DNA of 61,874 nucleotides, filler included, from Candidatus Ancaeobacter aquaticus (GCA_030765405.1; 5 parts of 5 records of this genome joined end to end with filler, not necessarily neighbours in it), one strand, 5' to 3'. Shown: positions 1 to 10,030, numbered from the whole stretch's first letter. Notes: generated by a model from the letters alone, not told the origin. Made by a program: numbers and translations.

Positions 1-144
1 TCTAGCCGGTGCCTCCTATGTATTAGCATTCTGTAATTTAAGTTGCACTACCTTTTTGTCTCTGAATCTTGAACTCTTATCCCTGCAAAGAAATACGCAA
101 AAAATCCCCTTGATTCTTCAAAGCTGGTGAGGCAATTCGGGCTC

Positions 145-173
145 TTGACAAAACCGATTTTATAGTGTACAAT
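145..173 (+). promoter_or_regulatory. sigma70-type promoter of the 1436-aa ORF
   Basis: TTGACA (145-150), 17-nt spacer, TACAAT (168-173). Confidence 0.8.
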
Positions 174-295
174 ACGGGCAATATAATGTTTGTAGAGAAT
201 GCTATAAGTGATGTGTCTTTGTGTCTAACCCTAAAAGGATTAGATAGAAGGATGTACTACATTTTCTATAAATGAAATGAATTTTGAGAGAGAGA

Positions 296-3200
296 ATGAA
301 AAGTAAAGTAATACACAAAAAGTTATTCATAAAGATTATTGCTCTTGCGGTAACGATTGTATTCCTCTGCCAAAACATTGTGTGGGCAATGCCTAATTTT
401 TTTACAAGCGCTGAGTGGCGAGTTACAAGTAATAAACTTGCCCCGCCGTCTGATGAGAAAAACAAATATAAAGACGAAATTAAAGCTTGTGAAGCCATTC
501 AGTATCAGGGCAAAAAAACCGATGCCAAAACATCTGAGCCTGAGAAAGAAGCAAAATTTGCTGAAGATGGCAAGAAAGAAGATTTAGTCGCTCAACTTCT
601 TCCTTTAACAGAGGAAGATCTTCAAAATACTGTATTACGCCCATTAATTGCTCATCCTGATATAGATTTTATACAAACTAAATTTGAAAAATTAAAAAAA
701 TCAGTAAAAGGTACTCCTTATGAAAAGATTCTTTGGCATAACACGAACGTATCCTCATTTGACGGAATAAAAGATAAAGGACTAATAAGAGAAGAATATA
801 GCGAAAAAATATATTTTCAATATTACAACTTTGTTGAAGAAGAATATCAGATAGGAATGCTCAATGAGTTAGCAATAGCAGTGTTAGAGGATAACGGTAC
901 ATATGGAAGTTTTACAATGCCTACACATGGTGTAGTTATTTTTCCATCAGATAAATCCGATTTAACATTGGGACTATCTGTAAGGCATATAGCATATGGA
1001 GGAAAAGATATTGATAAAAAACATTTTAGATATATCGATTTGAGTGTTCCAAGAGAAGATGTGGATAACTTTGTAGAAGAATATCTAAAACACCATCCAG
1101 ATTTAGAAGATCTTTATTCGCAGAGAGAATATTTGGGGATTTTATATCTGAAAACAGTTTGGCTTGATAGATTGACTGCTTTTTTTGAAGCTGCCAAAGC
1201 CGAAGATGCTAAAGTGCCTACTGGATATGAAAAGTTTCCTTCAACTTCTACCTTTATTATTCGTAACGAAGATTTAAATATCGAAGGGCTTAATAAAATC
1301 CGCGGAACAAAAAATGTCATCATTGTAGATAATAATCCATTCAAAGGTAAAACTAAGGAACAGATAGCGGAAGAGATGGAAAAAAATCCGTGGTTGTCTG
1401 TTATTGATCATCATGATGCGTATGACGATGGTGAGGAAAAACCTTCTTTTACAAGAATTATGGATTGGATGAAAACCCCTGAAGGACAAAAACAGTTTGC
1501 GTCTGTAAAAGATGGCAAGACGGTTGTTCTTACAAATGCCATGAACCTTGATCCGGATGCGATCTGGTCATTCTTTGCCTTCCAAAAACCCGAATTAGCT
1601 AAAGACTATAGAGAATTGATTCAGGAGTCCGATCATTTCACGGATTTTTCATTATTTGGACAGGAAACATATGATGAGAATTTTACAGTCAATAAGCTTA
1701 CCGATGCTCAAAAACTTGCTTTTATTGTCCTCCAAATGATCAATGAGCAGAAGAAAGCTGTATGTACCGCAAGAGGCAAGAAACCAACGGAACTTACAAA
1801 TCATGACGTTGGTAAAATAATCCAGAATATTATCAATGAACTTCCCGATATATTAGCAAACATAGAGAGCATGGAAAACGAAAATCGCTATACGGCATAT
1901 TTGAAAAGAATAAAGGCCGTTAATCGGGTTGCAAAAAAACGGACAAAGAGTTTGGAAGATACCCTGGCCCTGGGGCCTATAACAGAAGATTCGCCTTTGT
2001 ATGCATTGAAAGATGATGTTGTGGTTCTTGATAATGAAGGAAAGAGTCCGCTCGACGAAAATGAAATTAATGACTGGATTGCTGAAAGTGCCGGGAGGTA
2101 TGTGTCAGACAAGCCTGTTGCTATATATAAGAACAGAGCAGGAAAATATGCTGTTTCTATCAGATATGGCTCTTTTGCAAGAATGAATGCCGCATATGAT
2201 CTAAATCCGTTGATAAAGGCGTTGAATGCATTCAATGAAAATCTTCAGGAAGGTGCCCCACGCCAATTGTGGTATGGCAGGGCGGAGGTATTGTTTCAAC
2301 TGGGAGCTCCAATAACTCTCGAGATTTTAATCGATAAGCTTGCGTCTGTATGGAACGAAGTAAAAAAGGAATCAGCGAAAGAAGGAAAAATTACCAAAGT
2401 AAAGAAGGTTAAGGCGCAGCCTGCAAATAAGAGGGATGTAGATTCGAGCATTAAATCCGGGCTAAAAATTAAGGTTGATAAATTAACACTCGGCCAATTC
2501 AGGTCGCAGGTGGAAAAAGAACCGAAAGATGTTGTGGAGATATTTCTCGCTGAGAAGCCTCTTATTATTCAACACAAGGCCAATAATAGAAGTGAGGTTA
2601 TAAATGCCATAAATTCTGATGCCGATGCGATCGAGTTTGATATCCATGTAACGATTGATGGATATCCTGTGCTTATTCACGATCCGTGCATTAGAGCGAT
2701 GCCAACGATATCGTTGACTCTTAAAGAATTAAAAAAGGCGGTTCCAACAATATTAACGCTTGATGAGATGCTTAAGATTGAAGGTGTAAATAATCTTGTT
2801 CTCTTGGCGCATGTCCATAAGTGGCCTGACCACTGGTGGCAAAACATAACCGGGGAAAAGAGGGTTGAGGCAGAAGATAACTACGATAAGAACGCTATGA
2901 AAATTATCAAATCCTCATTTGAAAGAAGCGGATTGATGAATAATGTCATGTTTGCGTCATTTGATGTGAAACAGTTGAAGTTAATGAAAGAGGTTTTTCC
3001 TGATCATCCACGTGTTCTTGCAACCGAAAAGATGGATAAGATTGATAAACAATCGCCTGAGCAGAAGCTTGACGCGCTTATCGACGAAGCCAATCAGGCG
3101 GGTGTTACTTATATTAGTATCGGGGCGAATTTAGACAGGCGTATGAATGAATATGTAAAGAAGGCCGGTATGAGAGTTATGGGATGCACAAACTCAGCAG

Positions 3201-4594
3201 CAGAACAGCGAGGTTTGTTCGAAGCCGGCGCTTGCGGTGTTATAGTTGACAATGTATCTGAAGCAAAAAAGGTATTTAATAAAGTCCGCATCGTATTGAT
3301 CAAAAAAGAAATTGAGAAATCCCCAAAAAATTTTCCGAACGATATCAAAAAGCTTCAACTGCAGGGAAAATTGCCCACTATTGGCGGCGTTAAAACTGTT
3401 GACGAATTTTTGAAGGAAACGAAAGGTGAAAATATTCCGCTTGTTTTGGGAGGATCCGGTTTTATCGGGTCGCATATGGCGGATAAGTTTCTGGCAAAGG
3501 GTGAAAAGGTCGCGATTTTAGTGAGGGGATTTGATAAAGAAAGGCTCGTAAACAATCAAGAACAGTTTAATAATCCAAATTTCTATTGTGTTGGTATCGA
3601 TGATATGTTCAAAGATGCGGAAGGTTTAGGAAAGATGATTGAGCATAGTTCGGTTGTCTATGATTTTGCGGCTGATGCAGGAGCAAAAGAGATCGATTAT
3701 CGAAAGGTAGTCAACCTTTTTGCCGTTAACGGCCTTTTAACAGGGCTCATCTCTGAATTGGCGATGAAATATAATAAAAAGGTTGTATATGCATCGACAG
3801 GACATTTCCTGCTATTCGTGGATGATCAGGATGCTTCAGTAAACGAGCAAACCCCTCTGCCGATTAAAGGAGAGGTCAGAGATTGGATAAAACAGGCCAG
3901 GAAGGATTTTTCGGAATATTTGACTCGATATATTAGAGGCGAAGAAGTCACGTCTCCATTTGAATATGTTGATAAGTATTTGCATAGAGTAGGAAGTGAA
4001 TTAGGAGATTTGCAGGGATTTTTTGGCTTAGACCAGATATATGGGATATCAAAGGTTTTAGGCGAGGAATTTGTTAAGAACTCAAACCCGGGGAATGGGG
4101 TGATTTTAAGGTTCTGTAATGTGTATGGGCCAAGATGCAGTCAAAGTGATGTTATTGGATCGGTGACAAAACGGCTTAAAGACGGCAAAGAGATATCCCC
4201 GTCGACAGACAGCCGGCAGTTTATATATGTGAGGGACCTGACCGATGCCGTTAGAAAGGCCGGAGTAAAACATTTTAATAAGAATGAGATGTTTCTCATA
4301 TCTCCAACTGGCCCTGCGGTAACCATGAAAGTTCTATTAAAAGAAATAGTGAATGCGTTTTCTGGGGAAGCCCGCTCGTTTGAAGCAAAACCAAATTCGA
4401 GGGTGATAATAGCGCCGCCGTTTAATTCTTCAAAGGCGCAGGCTGTATTGGGTTTGAAGATAAGGACTGACTTGAGAAAAGGGATTAAAGAGACGGTGGA
4501 ATGGTTCAAGAAAAAATATGGTTATTTTGAACCGGCTAAGCCCAATATCGAAAATCATATGAAAGGTAGTGAGCTGGCAGATAGGGCGGCGTAA
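296..4594 (+). CDS. Large multidomain protein: signal peptide, possible ART-like domain, DHH-like phosphoesterase, glycerophosphodiester phosphodiesterase, NAD-dependent epimerase/dehydratase
   Basis: ATG at 296 (track uses TTG 284). Basic N-terminus then hydrophobic KIIALAVTIVFLCQNIVWA; LWHNT..I..KGL; VIDHHD and LDPDA; QHKAN..ADAIEFDIHVTIDGYPVLIHD; LGGSGFIGSH and YGISK. Confidence 0.8.
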   Translation: MKSKVIHKKLFIKIIALAVTIVFLCQNIVWAMPNFFTSAEWRVTSNKLAPPSDEKNKYKDEIKACEAIQYQGKKTDAKTSEPEKEAKFAEDGKKEDLVAQLLPLTEEDLQNTVLRPLIAHPDIDFIQTKFEKLKKSVKGTPYEKILWHNTNVSSFDGIKDKGLIREEYSEKIYFQYYNFVEEEYQIGMLNELAIAVLEDNGTYGSFTMPTHGVVIFPSDKSDLTLGLSVRHIAYGGKDIDKKHFRYIDLSVPREDVDNFVEEYLKHHPDLEDLYSQREYLGILYLKTVWLDRLTAFFEAAKAEDAKVPTGYEKFPSTSTFIIRNEDLNIEGLNKIRGTKNVIIVDNNPFKGKTKEQIAEEMEKNPWLSVIDHHDAYDDGEEKPSFTRIMDWMKTPEGQKQFASVKDGKTVVLTNAMNLDPDAIWSFFAFQKPELAKDYRELIQESDHFTDFSLFGQETYDENFTVNKLTDAQKLAFIVLQMINEQKKAVCTARGKKPTELTNHDVGKIIQNIINELPDILANIESMENENRYTAYLKRIKAVNRVAKKRTKSLEDTLALGPITEDSPLYALKDDVVVLDNEGKSPLDENEINDWIAESAGRYVSDKPVAIYKNRAGKYAVSIRYGSFARMNAAYDLNPLIKALNAFNENLQEGAPRQLWYGRAEVLFQLGAPITLEILIDKLASVWNEVKKESAKEGKITKVKKVKAQPANKRDVDSSIKSGLKIKVDKLTLGQFRSQVEKEPKDVVEIFLAEKPLIIQHKANNRSEVINAINSDADAIEFDIHVTIDGYPVLIHDPCIRAMPTISLTLKELKKAVPTILTLDEMLKIEGVNNLVLLAHVHKWPDHWWQNITGEKRVEAEDNYDKNAMKIIKSSFERSGLMNNVMFASFDVKQLKLMKEVFPDHPRVLATEKMDKIDKQSPEQKLDALIDEANQAGVTYISIGANLDRRMNEYVKKAGMRVMGCTNSAAEQRGLFEAGACGVIVDNVSEAKKVFNKVRIVLIKKEIEKSPKNFPNDIKKLQLQGKLPTIGGVKTVDEFLKETKGENIPLVLGGSGFIGSHMADKFLAKGEKVAILVRGFDKERLVNNQEQFNNPNFYCVGIDDMFKDAEGLGKMIEHSSVVYDFAADAGAKEIDYRKVVNLFAVNGLLTGLISELAMKYNKKVVYASTGHFLLFVDDQDASVNEQTPLPIKGEVRDWIKQARKDFSEYLTRYIRGEEVTSPFEYVDKYLHRVGSELGDLQGFFGLDQIYGISKVLGEEFVKNSNPGNGVILRFCNVYGPRCSQSDVIGSVTKRLKDGKEISPSTDSRQFIYVRDLTDAVRKAGVKHFNKNEMFLISPTGPAVTMKVLLKEIVNAFSGEARSFEAKPNSRVIIAPPFNSSKAQAVLGLKIRTDLRKGIKETVEWFKKKYGYFEPAKPNIENHMKGSELADRAA

Positions 4595-4638
4595 AATCCC
4601 ATAGGTGTTAAGTTAAGGGTATAAAAATCTCTAGGTTC

Positions 4639-4667
4639 TTGACAAACCCTAATTTAGCAGGTATAAT
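4639..4667 (+). promoter_or_regulatory. sigma70-type promoter of the 841-aa ORF
   Basis: TTGACA (4639-4644), 17 nt, TATAAT (4662-4667): perfect consensus. Confidence 0.85.
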
Positions 4668-4736
4668 GCGGTCATATATGCGCAATACAAGAATTGTGTG
4701 TTTATGTGTAGTGTATTTGTGTGAAAGGGTGTAGCT

Positions 4737-7262
4737 ATGTGTAAAAATAGAGTGTTTTTAAAGTTGATTGGCTTCTTAGTATTGTGGATTTTTCTGCTTC
4801 AGCAGATTGGATGGACAGACTTCTCTCGGTATACCCTTGCCCCTAAGTTTGATCGCCATACTCTTGAAGATATGAAAGAAGAAGCTGACGAGAGACTTGC
4901 GCAGATGTCATTCATTTTATCCGAATCCGACAAACGTGCGATTGAGAAGCTGAATAAATTACTTGGTGGTGTCAGGGCTATGAACACAAAAAAGGGTTTT
5001 TTTGCTGCGGATGAAAAAAGAATCAAAAGAACGCATTATTTAATTTCCCAGTTATCCAGGATACTGAAACAATATTATGACATTGATTATAAGATTGACG
5101 ACACCGCTTCGAATGTGGATTTTCTGGTGCAGGGCAGTTCGACATCAATAATACCTATTATGTTGACTTTGACAAACGGCCAGAGGTATGTTTTGAAAGG
5201 ATGCGGTCCGGAACTCTACAAGAACACTCCGGAAGATATTAAATTTATTATCAGCACTCAGAATGAGATGAGAAGATGTAGATTTCCTGTCCCTGAGCTT
5301 AAAAAGACAAATTCGCAAAATGGCAATCCGCTTGATTATACTATTAAGTTTATGGGAAGGTATTGGATGTTGGAAGAATTCAGAAGTGAGGGTGAATATA
5401 AAGAAGAATTTCGCTGGCAACCTGACAAAGTTGATAGTGTCCTTCGTCTTGCAGCCCAGATCCAAAATAGGCTAAATCCTCGGAGACTATTTGGCAGACG
5501 TATACCTAAACGTCCTATGGTGGATTATATAACCGGCCATAAAGATATAGTTTTTAGTAAAGCTGCCCAAAACGGTCTTGGGGAAAGACAGGCTCTATTC
5601 GATCAGAACAACAAATTTATTTCTGCCCAGCACAAATTGGTTAAGGAAAATCTTAAGATACCCGAAGATGATTATGTCTTCATTCACTCTGATCTGGACA
5701 CCAACGTCAGGCACGGCCCAAATGGCACTATCTCAACTATATATGATATGGCTTCAGTGAGGTATGATTATAAGCTTAGAGAGCTTAATGTGATTATTAT
5801 GAATGTTTTGACAGATGATCCTGCGACGTTGTACGAAAATCTTTTGCGGTTTATGTGCGTATATCAAAGAGAGCTGGATCCGGATAAAAAACTTTCAAAC
5901 AAAGAACTCACTTTTTTTATTAAATATGGTCTTAGGAGTTTTTTTCTGATAGACGCATATTTGTATGCCTTTGGTTCTAGAGAGATCGATTATGCAAGTG
6001 CTGTGAAGGTATTGGATTCATTCAAGATGTATGCGAATTTATTCGACACGGATAAAAAGATCGCACAATTTATCGATCAAATCAATAAGGTTCAAATCTT
6101 AGCACAAGTACCCAAAAAAGTTGCAGAAGAATTTGGCTTAGATGTACAAAATATTAGAACGATATCAGGTGGGGGTGCAATGGCTAGCAGACCGATTTTT
6201 GTTCTTTCTACTCCTGGTGGTCAAATACCAATTAAACGACTGAACGTTTTTAATGAAGAGGGAGCAAAACTTATTATACATTACATGTTGTATTTACAGA
6301 GCAACGGTATCCCGATAAAAATAATGCCTAAAAAGGGTACTGATGGGAGTAAGCTAGCGCACTATTATACAAAAGTGTTAATTAAAGAAACTGGGAAGTA
6401 TGAATATTACCATATTGAACGTTGGGGGGAGGGCAGACAAATATCCCGTGCTGATGCATCAAATTTGCCGGAAACTTTAAAGGCAGTTGGCCGTATGTTG
6501 GGGAAAATTCATAAATTGTCTAGAAACTATAAGAGTCCTTACCAAAGTCACCCTAAATCTTACTCCTTTTCTAGAACGGTAGGGCGAATAGTTGATCCCG
6601 CAGAACAATGGAGACAAAAGATTAAAAATTACTTGTCAGAGAAAGAATCTGAGTTGTTGGACCGTGTAACGGAGGAGGTTCGTAATTATTGGACTTCTGA
6701 ACGTTTTAACTCTTTTTTGCAACATATGATTCCATCCGACCTTAACTTTGCAAACCTTATATTTGATGAATCGGGCATTGACATTATTCAATCTATTGAT
6801 TGGGACCAAATAAGGGTTGCTTGTCCGTTGGAGGACTTCTTTGCAACGCTAATTCAAACAGGCCGAAGAGAGGAAGGTCTTTATGTGGGGCCATTAAGGG
6901 ATGATTTGAATATTTTTTTAGAAGGTTACAAGGAAACTGCTGGTGATATTTTTACGGATGAAGATCGTTTGAGGCTTCCTGCTTTTTTTAATACCCCGAT
7001 TCTTGTTCATATGTTTTATAATGCAATATTTCTTGACGAAGCCCCTAGTCTACATGCAAAAAATCTTTCAAAAATTAAAATGCAGCTCAAAACACTAAAA
7101 GATATCCGATCTGAGTTAGGAACAATACCAGAAGCTGAAAAGGCTTTAGAATCTTACCAGTTAGAACTTACTAAATCTTCGGAAGAACCAGGACCAGCTG
7201 CAATTGACAAATCTTTAAATGAATCTCAAGATGCAGATGCTTTGTTAGGAGCTAGTTTATAA
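4737..7262 (+). CDS. Signal-peptide protein with two tandem APH/homoserine-kinase-type phosphotransferase domains
   Basis: Hydrophobic N-terminus FLKLIGFLVLWIFLLQQIGW; YVLKG..HSDLDTN..YDMA and IPIKR..PSDLNFANLIF..IDWD. Confidence 0.75.
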   Translation: MCKNRVFLKLIGFLVLWIFLLQQIGWTDFSRYTLAPKFDRHTLEDMKEEADERLAQMSFILSESDKRAIEKLNKLLGGVRAMNTKKGFFAADEKRIKRTHYLISQLSRILKQYYDIDYKIDDTASNVDFLVQGSSTSIIPIMLTLTNGQRYVLKGCGPELYKNTPEDIKFIISTQNEMRRCRFPVPELKKTNSQNGNPLDYTIKFMGRYWMLEEFRSEGEYKEEFRWQPDKVDSVLRLAAQIQNRLNPRRLFGRRIPKRPMVDYITGHKDIVFSKAAQNGLGERQALFDQNNKFISAQHKLVKENLKIPEDDYVFIHSDLDTNVRHGPNGTISTIYDMASVRYDYKLRELNVIIMNVLTDDPATLYENLLRFMCVYQRELDPDKKLSNKELTFFIKYGLRSFFLIDAYLYAFGSREIDYASAVKVLDSFKMYANLFDTDKKIAQFIDQINKVQILAQVPKKVAEEFGLDVQNIRTISGGGAMASRPIFVLSTPGGQIPIKRLNVFNEEGAKLIIHYMLYLQSNGIPIKIMPKKGTDGSKLAHYYTKVLIKETGKYEYYHIERWGEGRQISRADASNLPETLKAVGRMLGKIHKLSRNYKSPYQSHPKSYSFSRTVGRIVDPAEQWRQKIKNYLSEKESELLDRVTEEVRNYWTSERFNSFLQHMIPSDLNFANLIFDESGIDIIQSIDWDQIRVACPLEDFFATLIQTGRREEGLYVGPLRDDLNIFLEGYKETAGDIFTDEDRLRLPAFFNTPILVHMFYNAIFLDEAPSLHAKNLSKIKMQLKTLKDIRSELGTIPEAEKALESYQLELTKSSEEPGPAAIDKSLNESQDADALLGASL

Positions 7263-7288
7263 TAGATTTATCCCCCACTCCCTCCCCC

Positions 7289-7492
7289 CAGCAATTCCGC
7301 AACAAAGTATTTTAGCTCACCATAAGTCATTCTATTTACGATATTTTAGTGGTAAACGCCTTGTATGAGCAAATTCGTATTGACGTTGAAGTATTTTATT
7401 GACATAAAAACTGATACATATATAATGTATCATATATAGGAAAGGAGGGTCTGTATGAGGAAGAGGTTAAAGATGTCGGCAGAGGAAAAGAA
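7289..7492 (+). mobile_element. Left end of an unclassified IS-like element with the start of its ORF (MRKRLKMSAEEK..., ATG 7455), cut by the contig end
   Basis: 7289-7414 matches 32997-33122 with one mismatch; flanks differ; starts CAGCAATTCCGCAAC; strong RBS AGGAAAGGAGG. Confidence 0.65.
7399..7432 (+). promoter_or_regulatory. Element-internal promoter overlapped by an operator-like palindrome
   Basis: TTGACA 7399-7404, 16 nt, TATAAT 7421-7426; TGATACAT-N5-ATGTATCA at 7412-7432. Confidence 0.65.
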
Positions 7493-7592
7493 NNNNNNNN
7501 NNNNNNNNNNNNNNNNNNNNNNNNNNNNNNNNNNNNTTAATTAATTAANNNNNNNNNNNNNNNNNNNNNNNNNNNNNNNNNNNNNNNNNNNN
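7493..7592. other. Artificial contig linker / gap
   Basis: N44-TTAATTAATTAA-N44. Confidence 0.97.
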
Positions 7593-7717
7593 TAAGGTGA
7601 GTTGGATTGAAGAGCCGGATGTGAGAAATTCACAAGTCCGGTTCTATGAGGGGCATTGAAACTCCTCTTGTTAATTGTGAAAATATAAGAAAAGGAGTCA
7701 TATTATGTCTACTCGAC
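7593..7717 (+). mobile_element. Group II intron 3' end (domains V and VI), copy 1
   Basis: DV GAGCCGGATGTGAGAAATTCACAAGTCCGGTTC (7612-7644, AGC triad); DVI GAGGGGCAT..ATGTCT-A-CTC with bulged A7711; ends GAC; 7597-7717 identical to 40735-40855. Confidence 0.92.
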
Positions 7718-8367
7718 ATGAAAATCAAGAAAGCTTTATTGCCGATGAGGTGTATCATGTGTTTAACAAAAGTATTGCTGGGTACAAGGTACTGAATGAC
7801 GATAGTGATTACTCGCGGCTCAATTCACTCATACGCTACTATCAATGCATTCCATCAGTAAAATACTCTGTGTATAAAAAATCATTAAAAAATGGTGAAA
7901 GTGAGAGTTTCTTGCCACCTAAACGAGGAGACCAACTGGTTGAAATAATTGCCTATTGTTTTATGCCTACACACATACATCTTATATTGAGGCAAATAAG
8001 TGAAAATGGTTTGTCCACATTCATGAATAATGTGTGTAACAGCTATTCTCGATATTTTAATATAAAGTATAATAGAAAAGGACCTCTCTGGATGGGAAGA
8101 TTTAAACGAGTGTTGGTTCAGACTGATGAACAGCTCTTGCATCTTACTCGATATGTACACCTTAATCCGGTTACTTCGCATCTAGTTGATGCGCCCGAAG
8201 AGTGGCGTAATTCTTCGTATGATGAGTATCTTTGCCGCTCGGACGAAAAAGTATGCAGGTATGGTGATCTTTTAGATGTTAGACCCGAAGAGTATAAAGA
8301 GTTTGTTAATGATAATATTTCGTATCAACGTGAACGGGCTCAGTTAAAGAAATTGGTTTTTGAATAA
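7705..8367 (+). CDS. REP-associated tyrosine transposase (RAYT / Y1 HUH); the annotated start lies inside the intron
   Basis: VYHVFNK, AYCFMPTHIHL, YFN.KY.RKGPLW..RF, YVHLNPV, WRNSSY. Confidence 0.85.
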   Translation: MSTRHENQESFIADEVYHVFNKSIAGYKVLNDDSDYSRLNSLIRYYQCIPSVKYSVYKKSLKNGESESFLPPKRGDQLVEIIAYCFMPTHIHLILRQISENGLSTFMNNVCNSYSRYFNIKYNRKGPLWMGRFKRVLVQTDEQLLHLTRYVHLNPVTSHLVDAPEEWRNSSYDEYLCRSDEKVCRYGDLLDVRPEEYKEFVNDNISYQRERAQLKKLVFE

Positions 8368-8378
8368 GAAGAGTATCC

Positions 8379-8439
8379 CGTGCTTCGCCACCGCGTAGGT
8401 GGAACAGCCCTTGATCCACCTACGCGGTGGCGAAGCACG
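8379..8439. repeat. REP-like perfect palindrome (25-bp stem, 11-nt loop)
   Basis: CGTGCTTCGCCACCGCGTAGGTGGA-N11-TCCACCTACGCGGTGGCGAAGCACG just after the RAYT stop. Confidence 0.9.
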
Positions 8440-8454
8440 AGGTGGAGATAGACA

Positions 8455-8862
8455 ATGAAAACTGATCCGCAAACAGAAATAGAGATTATCGGTATCTTAC
8501 GTCAATTTGCCGAGGCGTATTCTGACAGGGATATTGATTGGCTTATGTCATTTTTTGCTGAAGATCAGGATGTTGTGTTTATTGGACCCGGAGTTGATGA
8601 AAAGTGCATAGGGCAGGATGAGATCGAGGAGCAACTGACTCGTGAATGGGCGGAGACAGAAAACGCACATTTTGAGATCGGCTGGATAATGGTTTCAGGC
8701 TGTGACAATGTTGCGTGGGTAGCCGCTGATATTGTTGGTTCGGCAACAATTGGCAAAGAACAAGTACTCGTAAATGGTAGGCTCACTGCTGTATTAGAAA
8801 AACGTGTAGATAAGTGGTTTTGGACGCAGGGACATTTCTCTCTTCCGGTAACTGCTGAATAA
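8455..8862 (+). CDS. NTF2/SnoaL-like family protein
   Basis: 135 aa; AYSDRDIDWLMSFF..VVFIGPG..G..GRLTAVLEKR..W...QGHFS. Confidence 0.8.
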   Translation: MKTDPQTEIEIIGILRQFAEAYSDRDIDWLMSFFAEDQDVVFIGPGVDEKCIGQDEIEEQLTREWAETENAHFEIGWIMVSGCDNVAWVAADIVGSATIGKEQVLVNGRLTAVLEKRVDKWFWTQGHFSLPVTAE

Positions 8863-8886
8863 TAATACCTATAATAAGGAGGGATA

Positions 8887-9939
8887 ATGATTAAAAAGAT
8901 CACGACATTACTCGGTAAAGATGCTGATAGCTTTTTAAAGCATGAATGTAAAACCATATCAAAAGACATGATACATGTTCCTGGTCCTGATTTTATAGAC
9001 CAAAACTTTCTTCAAACTGACCGATCGATCAATGTCTTAAGAAATTTGCAATTACTCTATAATACCGGTCGTCTCGCGCGTACGGGATACGTATCAATAC
9101 TTCCTGTTGATCAGGGTATTGAGCATACGGGTGGGGCGTCTTTTGCGCCAAATCCAATATATTTCGATCCGGAGAATATTGTAAAACTTGCTATTGAGGG
9201 CGGATGTAACGCTGTTGCATCGACTTTAGGCGTACTCGGAAATGTTGCCCGCGCTTATGCACATAAGATTCCGTTTATACTAAAATTAAACCATAATGAA
9301 CTTCTTACCTATCCGAATTCTTTTGATCAAAAGATGTTTGCTTCAGTAGAACAGGCATTCAATATGGGTGCTGTCGGTGTTGGTGCCACGATATATTATG
9401 GTTCACCTGAGTCACGCAGACAAATTGAAGAAGTATCTGCCGCTTTTGAACGTGCTCACCAGCTTGGTATGTTTACCGTTCTCTGGTGTTATCTCAGAAA
9501 CGATGGATTTAAAAAGGATGGGACAGATTATCATGCGGCCGCTGACCTTACCGGCCAGGCAAATCATTTGGGTGTTACCATTCAAGCAGATATCATTAAA
9601 CAAAAGTTACCGACAAACAATGGCGGGTTTAATGCAATAAAGTTCGGTAAAACCAGTCCGCTTGTGTACGACAAACTGACCTCAGATCATCCGATAGATC
9701 TCACGCGGTATCAGGTCGCAAACTGTTATATGGGGCGTATCGGGCTTATTAATTCCGGCGGGCCTTCAGGAAAGAATGATCTTGAACAAGCCGTAAAAAC
9801 AGCTGTTATTAACAAACGTGCCGGAGGCATGGGGCTCATATCCGGAAGAAAAGCGTTCCAGAAACCGATGAAAGAGGGCGTAGAGATCTTAAATGCCATT
9901 CAGGATGTGTACCTTACAAAAGAAATTGATATAGCATGA
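8887..9939 (+). CDS. fbaB: Class I fructose-bisphosphate aldolase (DhnA/FbaB type)
   Basis: [17 protein letters not shown] Schiff-base Lys region, [10 protein letters not shown]. Confidence 0.93.
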   Translation: MIKKITTLLGKDADSFLKHECKTISKDMIHVPGPDFIDQNFLQTDRSINVLRNLQLLYNTGRLARTGYVSILPVDQGIEHTGGASFAPNPIYFDPENIVKLAIEGGCNAVASTLGVLGNVARAYAHKIPFILKLNHNELLTYPNSFDQKMFASVEQAFNMGAVGVGATIYYGSPESRRQIEEVSAAFERAHQLGMFTVLWCYLRNDGFKKDGTDYHAAADLTGQANHLGVTIQADIIKQKLPTNNGGFNAIKFGKTSPLVYDKLTSDHPIDLTRYQVANCYMGRIGLINSGGPSGKNDLEQAVKTAVINKRAGGMGLISGRKAFQKPMKEGVEILNAIQDVYLTKEIDIA

Positions 9940-9953
9940 CATAACAGAATGCC

Positions 9954-9996
9954 CCGTGCTTCGCCACCGCCCCGATTTATCGGGGCGGTGAATACG
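9954..9996. repeat. REP-like hairpin related to the 8379 palindrome
   Basis: Shares CCGTGCTTCGCCACCGC; stem CACCGCCC/GGGCGGTG. Confidence 0.75.
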
Positions 9997-10030
9997 GTAA
10001 ACCGGTAGAGTGTGAAAAAGAGTACAAAGT

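Noticed and set aside
7537..7548. TTAATTAATTAA recurring four times
   Set aside because: Always centred in N runs with identical geometry; an artificial linker with stops in all frames.
7698..7704. TCATATT in DVI complementary to the 5' exon AATATGA (54552-54558)
   Set aside because: Only 7 AT-rich nt at possibly different loci; EBS1 is expected in domain I; likely chance.
7289..7717. IS end plus group II intron as one composite element
   Set aside because: The two parts are separated by an artificial linker, so their adjacency is not established.
7705..7717. MSTR as a conserved native N-terminus of two unrelated proteins
   Set aside because: It is encoded by intron domain VI, not by the host genes.
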